Shown: one piece after another, positions 41,041-53,097 of the stretch | Numbering within the stretch: position 1 is the stretch's first letter | Layout: the number at the start of each line of letters is the position of its first letter | Assembly (NCBI GenBank): GCA_965203295.1 | Contig: CBDBCZ010000010.1 | Coordinates: 192,001 to 256,000 of the forward strand | From: Nitrospirales bacterium | Lineage (GTDB): Bacteria; Nitrospirota; Nitrospiria; Nitrospirales; UBA8639 | Reading direction: 5' to 3' | Length of the DNA stretch: 64,000 nucleotides | Notes under the pieces: generated by a model | Seen by the model: the letters and a program-made list of their open reading frames with translations, nothing else | The model's database searches: none | Told to the model about the DNA's origin: nothing | Program-made: the position numbers and the translations under genes

Positions 41041-43014
41041 ATATAGATATTCACAAACACATATACACATATACTCATGCAAGCAGACATACATGTATCT
41101 ACTATCAGAAACACACACTCTTATACACATATACATGTACATGTAGTACACCTGCTCTCATGTCTAGCAGGGGCAAAGAACAGAGATACAATGGAGGGAG
41201 TATGTGTATGTTGTGGTGATGAGTGAGTACATGTATGTCTACGTGTGCATGTGTGTGTGTATAGGTAACAAGTGATGTACTTGTCTTGGTAAGCAAGCCA
41301 TGGCAGATTTGCGTATGAGGTGATTCTCTGTTCTGACATACAGAATGTACTAGTTGACCAGAGCCATATGACCAGTCGTCCGTTCAAGATGATCAGTAGG
41401 GACGGAGTCAACCTCCATGGGAGTGCTCACCAGCGTGCTGTTGGCCATTGGCGCTCTTAGCCCAGGGTTCACAACTAGTGCCTCTTGTGCTAGTGGCTGG
41501 GAGTGGTGTATGGGGTTCGAACCTAAAAAGAGAGGGATTTTGATTATCAGAAGACAAAGACACTGGTATGTACAAGAAGTCAATGTGAACCACATTCGCA
41601 GTTACTTTGTCGTCCACGAAAGAGGAGCTTCAAATCGCAATAGTCCATTAGTCAGCAGTTTGTGGTGTTGGAGTCTCTGCAGTCACAGGTCATCAAATGA
41701 GCCCAAAAGAATCGTCACCAATTTGTAGTTAGAAAATTACAGTGCACATGCGCTGTGCAGGTTGTAATTCGAGAATTTTTTTGTGAACCATGCATTTTTA
41801 GGCAGTGTAACTTAGTTTTAGTTACTGTCACATCTATGGCATATTGGAATCTCGCACTATCATTTGAATTGCTTAACCACAGCCATTTTTGTGTTTGTTA
41901 CCTCTTTGTTGATGCCTACCTCTATCAGTCTCTACTTGTTAGGTTTTCAGCAAGGCCTTTAATTGCATGCTGGAATGCAACATGGAATGTCAAGTGCAGC
42001 AAAGGACACGTGACTGCGCACATTAAAGAATGCGTCAGATCAGAGGCCGAGGTTCGAATCGATCACGTGTACGTTGATAAATGTATGATGTCACATACGT
42101 ATAGCTGAAAGCATTCCATTGAGAAGAATACGGAAGATATGCAGAGGTATACGGTAACTGGGCTAAAGAACATGCTGTAGGTCTACAACCTTCGAGAGGA
42201 CGTGTGGGACGCCCCTCTAAAACCTTGGTTATAATCTTCTCTCTGCCCTAAGATGTTTTCTTTACATCAGACAGCTTAGCTAATTGCATTCCACTGTAGT
42301 GCACGAGATCGCTTCCAACCCCCTAGGTCTAGGCCTCTGTGAATGTTGCTGTAGTGCACGTGATTGCTTCCAACCTTTGTGAATGCTGCTGTGAATGTGT
42401 CTTCTGATCTACTAGCGCTATATTAGGTGTAAAACTCTCGTGACTAGATACGCGACAGACGGTCACCAGAGTACCAATTTCATTCTGATCGGAGTAAGTT
42501 CCCTTAGGACCAATCACTTAATGGAGTATAGTCTGTTCCATTTGTGATCAATACGCCAGTTTTGGCTTGCTGCCCAAGGGGTGACATTCAAACATTCTAT
42601 TATGAACACTAACATTCATTATGAAACTTATCTAGTTCTCTATACCGTATTACATCTACACTGTTATCGAGTTGCTAATAATCACTTTTATTGTACACTC
42701 CCAGTACCACTATGTAGTATCTCCTATATGGCAAACTGTCCAATATCCACTGATATTGAATGGCTTGCTGAACAGGCCATTTAGAATCATGGGTGGTGTG
42801 TACATTATACAATAAATTTGTCATTGAATGGGTAGCCATCCAATATCACTGGACATTGGACTCGTCTTGTTTGTAAGATATATGTACGCACCAATATGTG
42901 TTATAAATTCCTACTGTGTAGGTTTGATAATGACTTTCCAACTTCCACATATGCAGGTATACAAAAAAATGAGGCCTGGGTCCAGGCTGGCAACCTGAAG
43001 CTGCAGCTAGTTTA

Positions 43015-43525
43015 AAGTTCACTGCTTACGTGCCTAGAGGGGGTTGGGGATCCAGGAACACGATTGTTGTTTAAGTTTAGGTCTGGTACTAATGGTCTGA
43101 ATGAAGAGTTAGGAAGACATCGGGGTAAAAATGATGATAGGCAGTGTAAGTTATGTGGGGATGAATGTGAGAGTGTAGTACATGTGCTCTGGGAGTGTCC
43201 TGCATATGATACTATTAGAAGTACTTTCATGGAAGACTTAGACAAACTGTTGGGTGGAAGTTTTGAAGAGTTTAGTGCGCTCAATACTTTCAAGAGGACG
43301 GGCTTTGTTTTAGGGTGTGAGAATTGGGAAAGATATGATTTTGAGGATTTATTAAGGCTAGTTAAGAGTTTTATTTTATTAATAATACTAGGAAGAAAAA
43401 ATTATATGGCTATCGGGATGGTAATGGTGAGACATCTGGTTACTTTTGCTCTTGTCCGCTGATTGGAGATCTTTCAAGCTCCGCCTGCGTATGTGGGTGC
43501 GTGGTCAATGGCGTAAGCGCTACAA
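43015..43525 (+). mobile_element. 5'-truncated non-LTR retrotransposon (LINE) 3' fragment
   Basis: LFKFRSGTNGLNEELGR..CKLCGDECESVVHVLWECPAY is the C-terminal CCHC zinc-binding motif of LINE ORF2. Confidence 0.85.
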
Positions 43526-44053
43526 ACCGTATGGTGGTGTAAATCAGATGTGTGTGAGTGAGTACTGACTGCTTACCGAGCAGTGAAGTGAAGGAGCTGC
43601 GTGCTCTTCCAGGGGTAGCTTCGGTGGACTGCCGCTGCCCAGTGGTTCACTCTCTGAGCATGACTTCATATGGAAAGAGATAAAGCGATGAGTGATGGGC
43701 TGTGGGGTGATAGAGTACCTTACCGTGCTGCATACAGTCTAAGTTTTCCTGCATACAGCGGGGAAGTATCGCTGATGTTCGGAGAAATGATTCGATGTGA
43801 CGGCAAGTATAATCATATTAAAAGAGAATACTTTAGATGGTGCTGTAATATGGACATCGACTGTGGATCATCTTACCGCCATGCGTGTCCCAGTGGTTGG
43901 TGCTGTGGGAGGGGCTATCTGTGCACGACTACAACCTGTTGTCGCTTTCATCGCTGAAAAGTGAACAAGTACAGAGCATATATGATATGAATAGAACAGA
44001 GTGTACCTTCCGCAAGGGTGAGTCGAACATCTTTCTCCGGGAGCTCATCAATC

Positions 44054-44446
44054 AAGTCTGACATTTCATGTCTAAAAAACCAGCCAGACGCCTTTTCCGT
44101 ACAATACACAAAACTCAGCTTTGGCCGAGATACTATTATTCTTAGAGCGGTACAACGAAAGTGCTGAATCAGCAGTTTCGTCATGTGCCTCCAGTTAGTA
44201 GCTATATGCCAAGAACAAGAATTTTTACGGCTGCCTACTAAGTTTTCGCCATCTAAAACTACCTTCATTTGCTGTAGCTTGGCCTGCAAACCTCCAAAGC
44301 TGCTATACACTGCATGCAATTGCATAGTAACGTATGACGTAATATATTGCGCACGTGATAAGTGCGAACGCACAGACAAACAAACACGCGAAAAACGTAA
44401 AGCAAATTAATCTTAAAACAAGCCGTTCGCGCACTCCGGCTGGTAA
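44054..44446 (+). repeat. ~390-bp interspersed repeat; second copy at about 58022-58095 plus 60540-60865
   Basis: AAGTCTGACATTT.ATGTCTAAAAAACCAGCC.GACGCCTTTTCCGTACAATACAC..TTCGCGC.CTC.GGCTGGTAAAAA is shared. Short internal inverted pair ACCAGCC / GGCTGGT. Confidence 0.9.
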
Positions 44447-44890
44447 AAATTATTTTGGTATTGTAAATGCCCATGGTATCCGTGGCGGTAGTGTGCATGG
44501 GATATCATATCACTTTCGAAACCAATGATAGTCAACTTAGGTCATCAGCAACTTACTGTAGTGCTCATCTGGTGTTTACCCCTATAGGGTTTATTTTCCT
44601 GTGTGGTGCAGTGCTTTAATGCTACCCCCACATTATCATATATGTATAGCTATCTCTTAGTGTTAATGGAGCACTGGTACTGGAATTGTGCAGTTGCATA
44701 CGCAAAGGTCATTAAGTGTTCATTGTAAGAGTTGAAAAGATATATTCCAGGAAGTACCGACCTTTTCAAGACTCTTGACCGTCACCTACCGAGGTAATAT
44801 TGCGCATGCGTATAGATTTGAACTTTGAACTGGCTTTTTAAAGCAGAAGCATGCACGCTCTCCTATACGATCTACGAGTCGTCTGAAATC

Positions 44891-45902
44891 ATGCCTGCTG
44901 CATTTTCTATCGACCTACGTTGGAAAATTGTTTAGATGAAAATTGCCCATTCTTTACCTGTGAGCGAAATTGCAGTGCTGCTGGAAGTATCTGAGCGTAC
45001 AGTGCGACGGATCGTAAAGTTGTTCACTGATACTGGTGATGTGAAGCCCAAGGAGTACCATCATGGGCCAATGAGACCTTGGAGATTTCGAGCAACTCAC
45101 ACTGCTTTGACTGATCTTGGAACATCCCGGTATCTATTTCCATGAGATACAAGCTGAGCTATATGCAATGTTTGGAGTACAAGTGAGTGTACCAATCATA
45201 TGTAGAACCCTTCGATATATGGGTTGTACAAGGCAAGTGTTAAGTCATGTACCAGCACAGCATTGTGATGCTCTAAGGGGAAAATTTATGGCAGATATAT
45301 CTGTATATGATCCATCTATGTTTGTATGGATCAATGAGCCTGGATGTGACAGAAGAAATGCCACCAGAAAGTACGCCTACAGTATGCGAGGGATTACACC
45401 TTGTGATCACAGAATCTTAATTCGAGGGCAGAGGTATTCTGTTATTACAATTACAGTACTGTCTATGAAGGGTGTATATATTGTTGAATCAACAGTTAAT
45501 GGAGACGTGTTTGAAGAGTTTGCCAGGAAGTGTTTGCTACCTATTCTCCAACCCGTTGACTATGTAGCTGCACAGTCAGTTGTCGTAATGGACAATGCTG
45601 CTATTCATCATGCAGTCTTTTGTCAATATGATTGAGACAGACGCTCAAGCACAGCTTTTGTTTTTGGGATGTTTTCTTTACATCAGACAGCTTAGCTAAT
45701 TGCATTCCACTGTAGTGCACGAGATCGTACTCATGATTTAATGCCGTTGGAGGAGGCATTCAGCAAGGTTAATTCAATTATGAAGGCAATTGATGCACTG
45801 TTTCAGGCATCTAGTACACCCAGAGCACTCCTTGCAACGGCATTCAGTATGGTCACAGAGGAGGACTTCATCGGCTACATCAGTCATGCTGGTTACCTGT
45901 AA
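44891..45902 (+). pseudogene. IS630/Tc1-like transposase, near full length but decayed (copy 2)
   Basis: MPAAFSIDLRWKIV; HTH IAVLLEVSERTVRRI; HPGIYFHEIQ; VWINEPG (D replaced by N); VVMDNAAIHH; YS.DLMPLEEAFSKV. Confidence 0.92.
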
Positions 45903-46096
45903 CTGAACAAACTCAATAATAAAACTCGCATGTACAATCATATATTTCAACTGAAGAATGACCATGTGCATGTAATAGAATTGCAAAATATTATTGATGA
46001 GCCAGACAACATTCCACATACATGTATACGGTACAAAGAGGTGAAATGTAGTCTAGAAAGTAAAATAAGGGTTGAGGGTGTGTAGCGAATCTTAGA

Positions 46097-47140
46097 TTAT
46101 AGGGATAATTTCTTCAAGACATCCATAACAACTTGTTTTTCTGTTTCAAACTCTTCCTGTTAAAGTACTCCAGATGTTTTCAAATTTTTATTCAGCAAGA
46201 TGTTTGTAGCATTTGGAGTGGTTTTCAATCAATTTTCCAGGGCTTGAGGCTGGGGAAGAAAGGGCCTTTGGGGTCAGAGCTGAGGCAATGGCCTGTGATG
46301 CAGCTTGCAGTGCTATGTCAGTAGCACTTTCAGACTTCCTCCTTGGTGTCTCTTTACCACCAGCTCTTTGAAACATTTTACTCTTGGGTGGATCGTCATG
46401 GCTGGCATGTAAACCCGACATTAGCATTTCACTCCATATTCGGTACTGCATAGCAGTAAAGGCTGACTGACCATGCTTTTCTTTTAAAACATCAATTGTG
46501 GCTTGTACCTTTTCTTCTCTCTCTTTTGATGTAGGCTTCTTTTTCTTGCTTTTTGTTGAATATTGCTCCTCATCTGATTCAGATTCATATGCATTCCTTC
46601 GGCGATGGCTATTGCTTGACTTTTTCGGATGCTCCTCCTTTAGTTAGTGTATCACACCACATGAAAACCTTTCCACCCTTCCTCACATCCATCCATACAT
46701 CCTTTAGGTCTTCAAGGCTACGAATGTTCACTACTGCTGTGCCTTGCATCACACCAACATCAAAATCCTCACTAGTGATGTCATCTTTCAATTACTCCCT
46801 AATTACTTTCTTAAGAGCAGGCACAGACAGTACCTTTCCATCATCAATGTTACACAATATAAATGTATTGACATCTTTCTTGTTGATCTTCGTTCAGATA
46901 CACCTTGGGAATTACACTTTGCCTGGCTTGAATTTGCGGTTGACTGGGCAGTGTAGTCACAACAACTGTACTGGCTTGGGGAGGTTCTTGCCTAAGTGGT
47001 ACCGCAGTGGTACGCGAGGTTGTCACAACGTTCCTGGCAACATTATGGACGGATACAGGAGTGAACACCACAGTTGGAGGTGTTCTAGCTCCAGCTCCAG
47101 CCTCATTCGTACTCATTTTCAAGCTCACCTCGAGTGCCAT
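46097..47140 (-). pseudogene. Uncharacterised partner ORF of the IS630-like transposase (copy 2)
   Basis: FDVGVMQG..IRSLEDLKDVW..VFMWCD..LKEKHGQSAFTAMQYRIWSEMLMSGLHASHDDPP..MF..CYKHLAE..GVL.QEEFETEK. Confidence 0.75.
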
Positions 47141-47462
47141 GTGCCAAGGTTCAAAGGGTACACTTTACGCATGCGCATGACTAATCTGGACAATCCACTT
47201 GAAATCCTCGGTATGCATAATATTTTACGATGCGGGAGATGTAGAAGGGGAGATATGCAGTGAACATGCATATTTTTTTTAGTAGAGGGTATACAAAATA
47301 GTGTAAACATGCATCGCGTTGTATGATTAATAGCAATAGGCAATATTGTTGACATGGATGCACAAGATTGTACGTTGTTGGTTGGAAAACATGGCATTGT
47401 TGGAATTCATTGATAACAGTACAGTATTTCAATTGTTCATAACTAGTTCATAACTAGTTTCA

Positions 47463-47748
47463 CTCATTGCCGTAAGCCACTTAAGTGGATAATACGTAAT
47501 CCTTCCACTACTACCGTGTATGCGGTTATCGATCCTGAAGCCCTTCTTGGATCCAATTTGCTGTCCTTTTTGCCTTCAATGGCTGTAGTTGGTAGCCTTC
47601 TAACAAATACAATGCAGAATTCGCTGGATACTTGAGTTGGTAAGCATAAAAATAGCCAAACAGTGAACTAAAACTTTTCATACGCCATTGTTGTAGAAAT
47701 TATCGCGTGGAGCATCACGCGTGTGACGTAATTACGGCATGCAATGAG
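47463..47748. mobile_element. piggyBac-like MITE; a second left end at 49168
   Basis: Right end CGGCATGCAATGAG|TTAA. Left end TTCA|CTCATTGCCGTAAGCCACTTAAGTGGATA. Related TTAA|CTCATTGCACGCCGTACGCCACTTAAGTGGATA at 49164-49200. Confidence 0.65.
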
Positions 47749-50089
47749 TTAAGCATTATTTGGGGAATCCAACATACATGTTGGTATAATGTACAATGTT
47801 ATGTACATGCATTGTGTGAGTTGTTTCCAGCGCCTTTTTGTTTGAGGGGAGTTGTATAAATGGTATCACTGAATGAACAGAATGATTTACAGTAGCTATA
47901 TAATGTGAAGACAAGAGAGTTGCATGTACATGTATGACTTCTTTAGTTGCCATATAGTGAATGACGTCAGTTTTGAGGCACGGCGAATCAGCTCCGGATC
48001 CATTCCGGGAGGACGGGACGATCACCGAAAGTGTAACTGATCTATAAATTGGGGGTTCACGAAAAATCTAACTGAAACGACGCAATATAATATCAGAGAT
48101 CACAATAAATATACTTTACTCTGTACTTGTACAAGAGCGTATAGCCCTTTGTCATAATCATGTGCATCCATGGAGGGGCGGGGCTGCTACCGGTACATGC
48201 TATACCATGTGGATGACTTGTGAAGTGCACATGTGCGGTAGAGCATGTAGGCGACATCATCGATCCTTTGTGGGGGCATATCATGCTCCTGATTTTTAAA
48301 GCCCAAACAGTGAAGCGAAGAGGGAGAGACATGTATTTATCATCATGCATTTGCAAGAGTAGGCCTAAAAAATATTTTCTATCCGTGCCGGGCAGGGAAT
48401 AAGCATCTGTATACTCTATCTGATTTTCTATTAACGCTTAATATAAAAAAAAGTCACATTCAACTCTACTAGGAAAAAAAACTTGGCTAGGAAAGAGTTT
48501 TTCCTGGAGACAATCAGAGGTATGAGGAGAATCAGTGGGAGGAACTGGTTGAGTGGTGAACAAGGGAAAGGGCGAGGAGGGACATCTTCCAGAGTAACAT
48601 ACACAATTCCATAAGGTTATCTGCAATGTCAGGAAAGTGAGCACACACATACACCTGTAAAATGTCATACAAGTGCATGCAGCTAAACAGGGTCGTTGGG
48701 ATTGAGATTGATACTCGAGAAGAACATTGTCTTCCTAAGTGTGAGGGAGAACAGTCTCATTTAGCAGTCTTTCGTCACGCAGTGTCTTATGGGAATCCAG
48801 CAAATTCACTGCGTCGACAGTGGAGGGAGAGAGAGAGGAAGGGAGGGAGGGAGAAAGGGACGAACAGGAGGAAGGGACGAACAGGGGAGGCGAAGGGGGA
48901 TGGAGGAAGGGAGGGAAAGAGGTTGAAGAGGAAGGAGAGGCACTAGTATGTGCCTTGAACTGCTAGGATTAGGATGTGAAGTAAGAGCCCACATACATGC
49001 ATATCCTCCTAGGCATCCTATGCCCACACAGGAAGTATCCACCACACATCACAGTTACTGTGTTTTTAGAACACGTATGTACTGGACTTTTCAACTTGTC
49101 ATTATCTTGAATGTGCTGTGTCATTCTGGATTTCAAGAGAGGCTCTCAAGAAACCCGAAGGTATTAACTCATTGCACGCCGTACGCCACTTAAGTGGATA
49201 TTCCGTATACCTCCGCTACGCCACACGACACTATAGCAGTTCATTAGTCATCAACCACACAGTGAAATGTGGAGCTTCATTAGGAAGGGAGCGAGAAGGG
49301 GAAGGGGGGAGGGAGGAAGGGAAGGAAGAGGTGGGAGGGAGGGAGGGAAAGGGGTAAGGGGTGTGTCATTCTGGATTCCAAGACACGCTGTCAAGACACC
49401 TAGAGAGATTAAATCAAGTGGGTGTGCCTTGGTATGTATACAGGATGAATAAGAGCCCACCTACACGTACATGCTTATGCTGAAGTCTTTTCCAAAGCCC
49501 ACATACATTACAAATATCTGATGATTCGAAAACATACCTGACTTTTTGACTTGTCATCAGCTTGAATGTACCCACACCTCTGCAAAATGGTTGTATTTAG
49601 CAGTTCATTAGTCATCAACCACACGGTGAAAAGTGGAACTTCATTTGGCAGTAGGAGTGGGTGGGTAACAATAAGAAGGGGAGTCTGGGAGCACACTCAC
49701 CACAAAACTGGTTTTGGATTGCGTCATAAGCTCAATGCAAACAGTAAACTGCTGCAGAGCACTCCGAATCTCAACTCAGCTGAAATGGAGTGGAATAGGA
49801 TTATCTCCTTTTCTCGATAAGGAATATCTATTTCACTTTCACACTATGTTCACTGCAAGAGGAGAATCTTTCTGCTATACCCACTCACATCACCTACCAC
49901 TGCCTTACATGCTTACACACAGCAACATTTTGGCAATGGGAGCACATAAATTGGTGCCTGTACATATTTAAGTTGTATACATTCAGAAACAAGTTATACA
50001 ATTCAATCAAGCACCGGAATTACAATTACACAGTCATAATGGTCCAGTGCTCTTGTATTGCATAAATACAGTGACAACGTTTAAGACGT

Positions 50090-50460
50090 GTACACTAGGC
50101 CCTATGCACTGCCATGCACAGCCCGGTCCAATGTTTTGACGGACAACTATGTTTACATCAAGCATGCAGGAAAGCAGGATCACCTTAAGATCAGTTCCCC
50201 ATTCACCAAGCTCTGCCATGCGTGAGTTTTTCCCCAGGTACTCCTGCACCTTGGTGTTAAAGAAACTCCACGTTCATGTGGATCAACTGGAGCATCCACC
50301 CCAATTGAGATGTACTCTATTATAAGGATGGATTTTGGTGTAGATAGTTTATGGCTGCTTTCCGAACAGCATAGTGGTTAGATTCGGTTCCTGTTACGTG
50401 CCTTGAAATAGCACGAAACAGTTAGCACAAAACAAACAGTTTCCATCACCTTCCACTCTC
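50090..50460 (-). other. OTU-like cysteine protease domain of Helitron 2
   Basis: VEGDGNCLF(R)AISRHVTGTESNHYAVRKA after removing a short duplication, followed by EWGTDL. Confidence 0.75.
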
Positions 50461-52555
50461 ACACCTATGTGTCGTGATATTTCATTGCACTGCAATGAAT
50501 ACACGGTCTTGAGATGAAACCTTGTCGACTACAGACATTTCACTACACTGGGACAGAACACAAATCTGGGCCTGCCAGATTTCATCTAGGAGTGGTCAAT
50601 TGATGGGATTAGGGGGATTGCAGTGCTCATTACCACAATAGATGGCAGTGCCATCACTGACATCGTGACAGCTCTAAATGGTAGTGGAACTGTGGGCTTT
50701 TTTCGCTTCCACATTTGAAGTGCGTGGGAGTTCTCCTGAATGCATAGATTGCCTTCATTTCCTAAAATGGCGTGCTTTTTTGCATTCAGGCTCTGTGCAT
50801 GGAGTATTTCCAGTGGGCTTACATTTAGAACCGGCTATAGGTTTAACCAGCAGCGTATATGGCTTGAGCATCTGGTCTATACACTTGTCTCAAGCGATTC
50901 ACCAGCTAGTGCTAACCATGATAGAGTTGGGGTCGAATGCAACCAGGTGTAACCCAGCTAGTGTTCGAACTCTCAATATTGCTACATAGGCCATTCCAGG
51001 GCTAAACACTTTATCGAAGAGGTCTACTATGGCACAGTCTAATGAATACCTTGCCATTTGTGTATAGTCACAGCCTAGGCCAAAATCAAGAGAAACTCTT
51101 TCCTGTACACATAGTAGTTCTTCATGACCATGAATGTGCTCTTTTCTTTCCACATCATAAGGCTCACTTATGTGGTCTAACTGAATGCAGACATGATCAA
51201 TTTAAATGAACAACACAGTACCGATGGCACCGTTTACCAAACCAGCATTTGTGACCATATTGCAGCAAAGCAGGACTCGTGCTCCAACAGCTAGTGTAAG
51301 CTTGGCTTCTAATCCGTTGTCAAGTTAGTCATTGTTAATCCTATCTAGCTTTCAGCTGCTTTTTTGCTCCACTTACGAGTACTGCAAGTTTCATCAACTT
51401 CATCAGTACAGAATACGTCATGTACTTGTGAAGTAAGACGATTGAGCATTTTATTGTTCAAATGATCACGTTTTCCTTTGTGGGAACACGCAAACAGGCG
51501 ATTGCTCGGACTGCTGAAGGTCAACATACTTGTCCACTGTGAACCCCTCAATGACCTTTTTTTCAGAAGGTTTGAATATTTCATCAGTACTAACACAATC
51601 CAACACAGATGAAAATTCAACATGTTTTTTCTGAGGCTCATTGATGGTCAGTTCATCATAAGCAATGGTATTCCTCCAGTTATTTATGGAAGGTGCACAT
51701 CCGAGTTTGTACTGGAGTGATTTTTGAGGATTTTTTTCAAATACAGGAAATCCATTGACAGGCTGTAGTTGAAGAAAATCACCAACGAAGAGCAACGAAT
51801 CAGTCCTGGCTCCCAAACAGTTCTTGTAACCTCAAGTGCATATAAGCAAAGTTGAGGCTAGCAACCATGGAAACAATGTTGATTTTCACACTACGAAGTG
51901 TGATTTTCATCACATTCAGTGAAGATTTGGGTAGTTCCCAAAACTCAGCTGCCTTACCCTTGTGTTCAATGGGCAACTGGAACAGCCTGTGAATGGTGAT
52001 AACACCAACATTGAAAGCTGCTGGCCCAGTTGGTGCCGCAATAGCACACACGTTAGATTATCAGAAGGCCACAGGTCATGGACTAATGCCTTGATGGTTT
52101 CAATGAGGAACGATTTATTTGTTCCACCAACACCGCTGACAAACATGCGAGCAACATTCATCAGCCTCGTGCTGTTGTTGGTGGAGGAGGTGATCCTTGA
52201 CCCTGCCAAAGATGCGCCTCTGGTCGGCATTGAGCATTGCTACTCTCAGTTTTAGGGACAGAGTGTCGGCTGGATGGGCGTTCATGTCAAATAGCTCCTT
52301 CTTTGCCGTTTTTACTTCGCCCAACAGCTGTAGATCATCATCTTGTTTGCTGATTTTGTGTTCCTCACCATCGGCCTGCCAGGCGTCATTGATTTGCTTG
52401 AAGTTAGCCCGGGCTTGCAACATCTTCTGCAGTCTGCTGTGGTAGGCTGAGCAGGTGCTGTCGTTAGGCAACAAGTGCCGGAATGCTTCTCCAGCGGTTT
52501 CATTCTCAAGATGCAAAGGAACTCTTGTCTCTGAACGGAAGTGGGGTATCAGAGA

Positions 52556-53097
52556 TAGCCTCGTACCCAAGCGCTCAAACATTTGGAAGGAGCGCCTGGT
52601 ATCAACTCTTCGCGCATGCGTGAGAATTTGTGGAAAAATGCCAGTAAGTGCATTCGTGAATGAGCTGAAGCACGTGGCAAGGAGTAGTACAGAGGTAGTA
52701 TACGGTATAGTAAGCGGAAAAACTAGAGAGTAAGTGATATTCCAAGTTTCTGAGAGTTCCATTTGCTAGGCTATCTTACCTCGAAAGCGTCTATCCGAGT
52801 AGTAACGGTGAACTGCTTCATGTGATCGATTTTCAATCACGGTTCTGGCTTTCGAGGCCGCTTAGAGGCTAATGGGATAGAAGAATCAAACTACCGATCG
52901 CATTCTAGGCAGCTATCCAGTGAAAAACCATCGCTACAGGCGTAAACCTCGCTCGCTAGATTCAGCCTTGCAACACCAACGATAACACGGACTAGTATAG
53001 CGGTAGTATCCAACTCCCACAGAAACACCTGCGGAGCCGCGCATGCGCAAACAGTGGATACCAGGCCACCTTTCCACGTGGCCTGGGTACGAGGCTA
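52556..53097. mobile_element. Non-autonomous TAG..CTA element with a 9-bp TSD (AcademH-like), inserted in Helitron 2
   Basis: TAGCCTCGTACCCAAGC ... GCCTGGGTACGAGGCTA. Flanks TATCAGAGA and TATCAGAAA. Confidence 0.8.

Noticed and set aside
41350..42520. Possible decayed minus-strand coding sequence
   Set aside because: Coding-like composition but no motif I can identify with confidence.
46553..47263. 236-aa plus-strand ORF
   Set aside because: Antisense shadow of the minus-strand partner ORF.
48820..49360. R/E/G-rich ORFs
   Set aside because: GA-rich low-complexity tracts.
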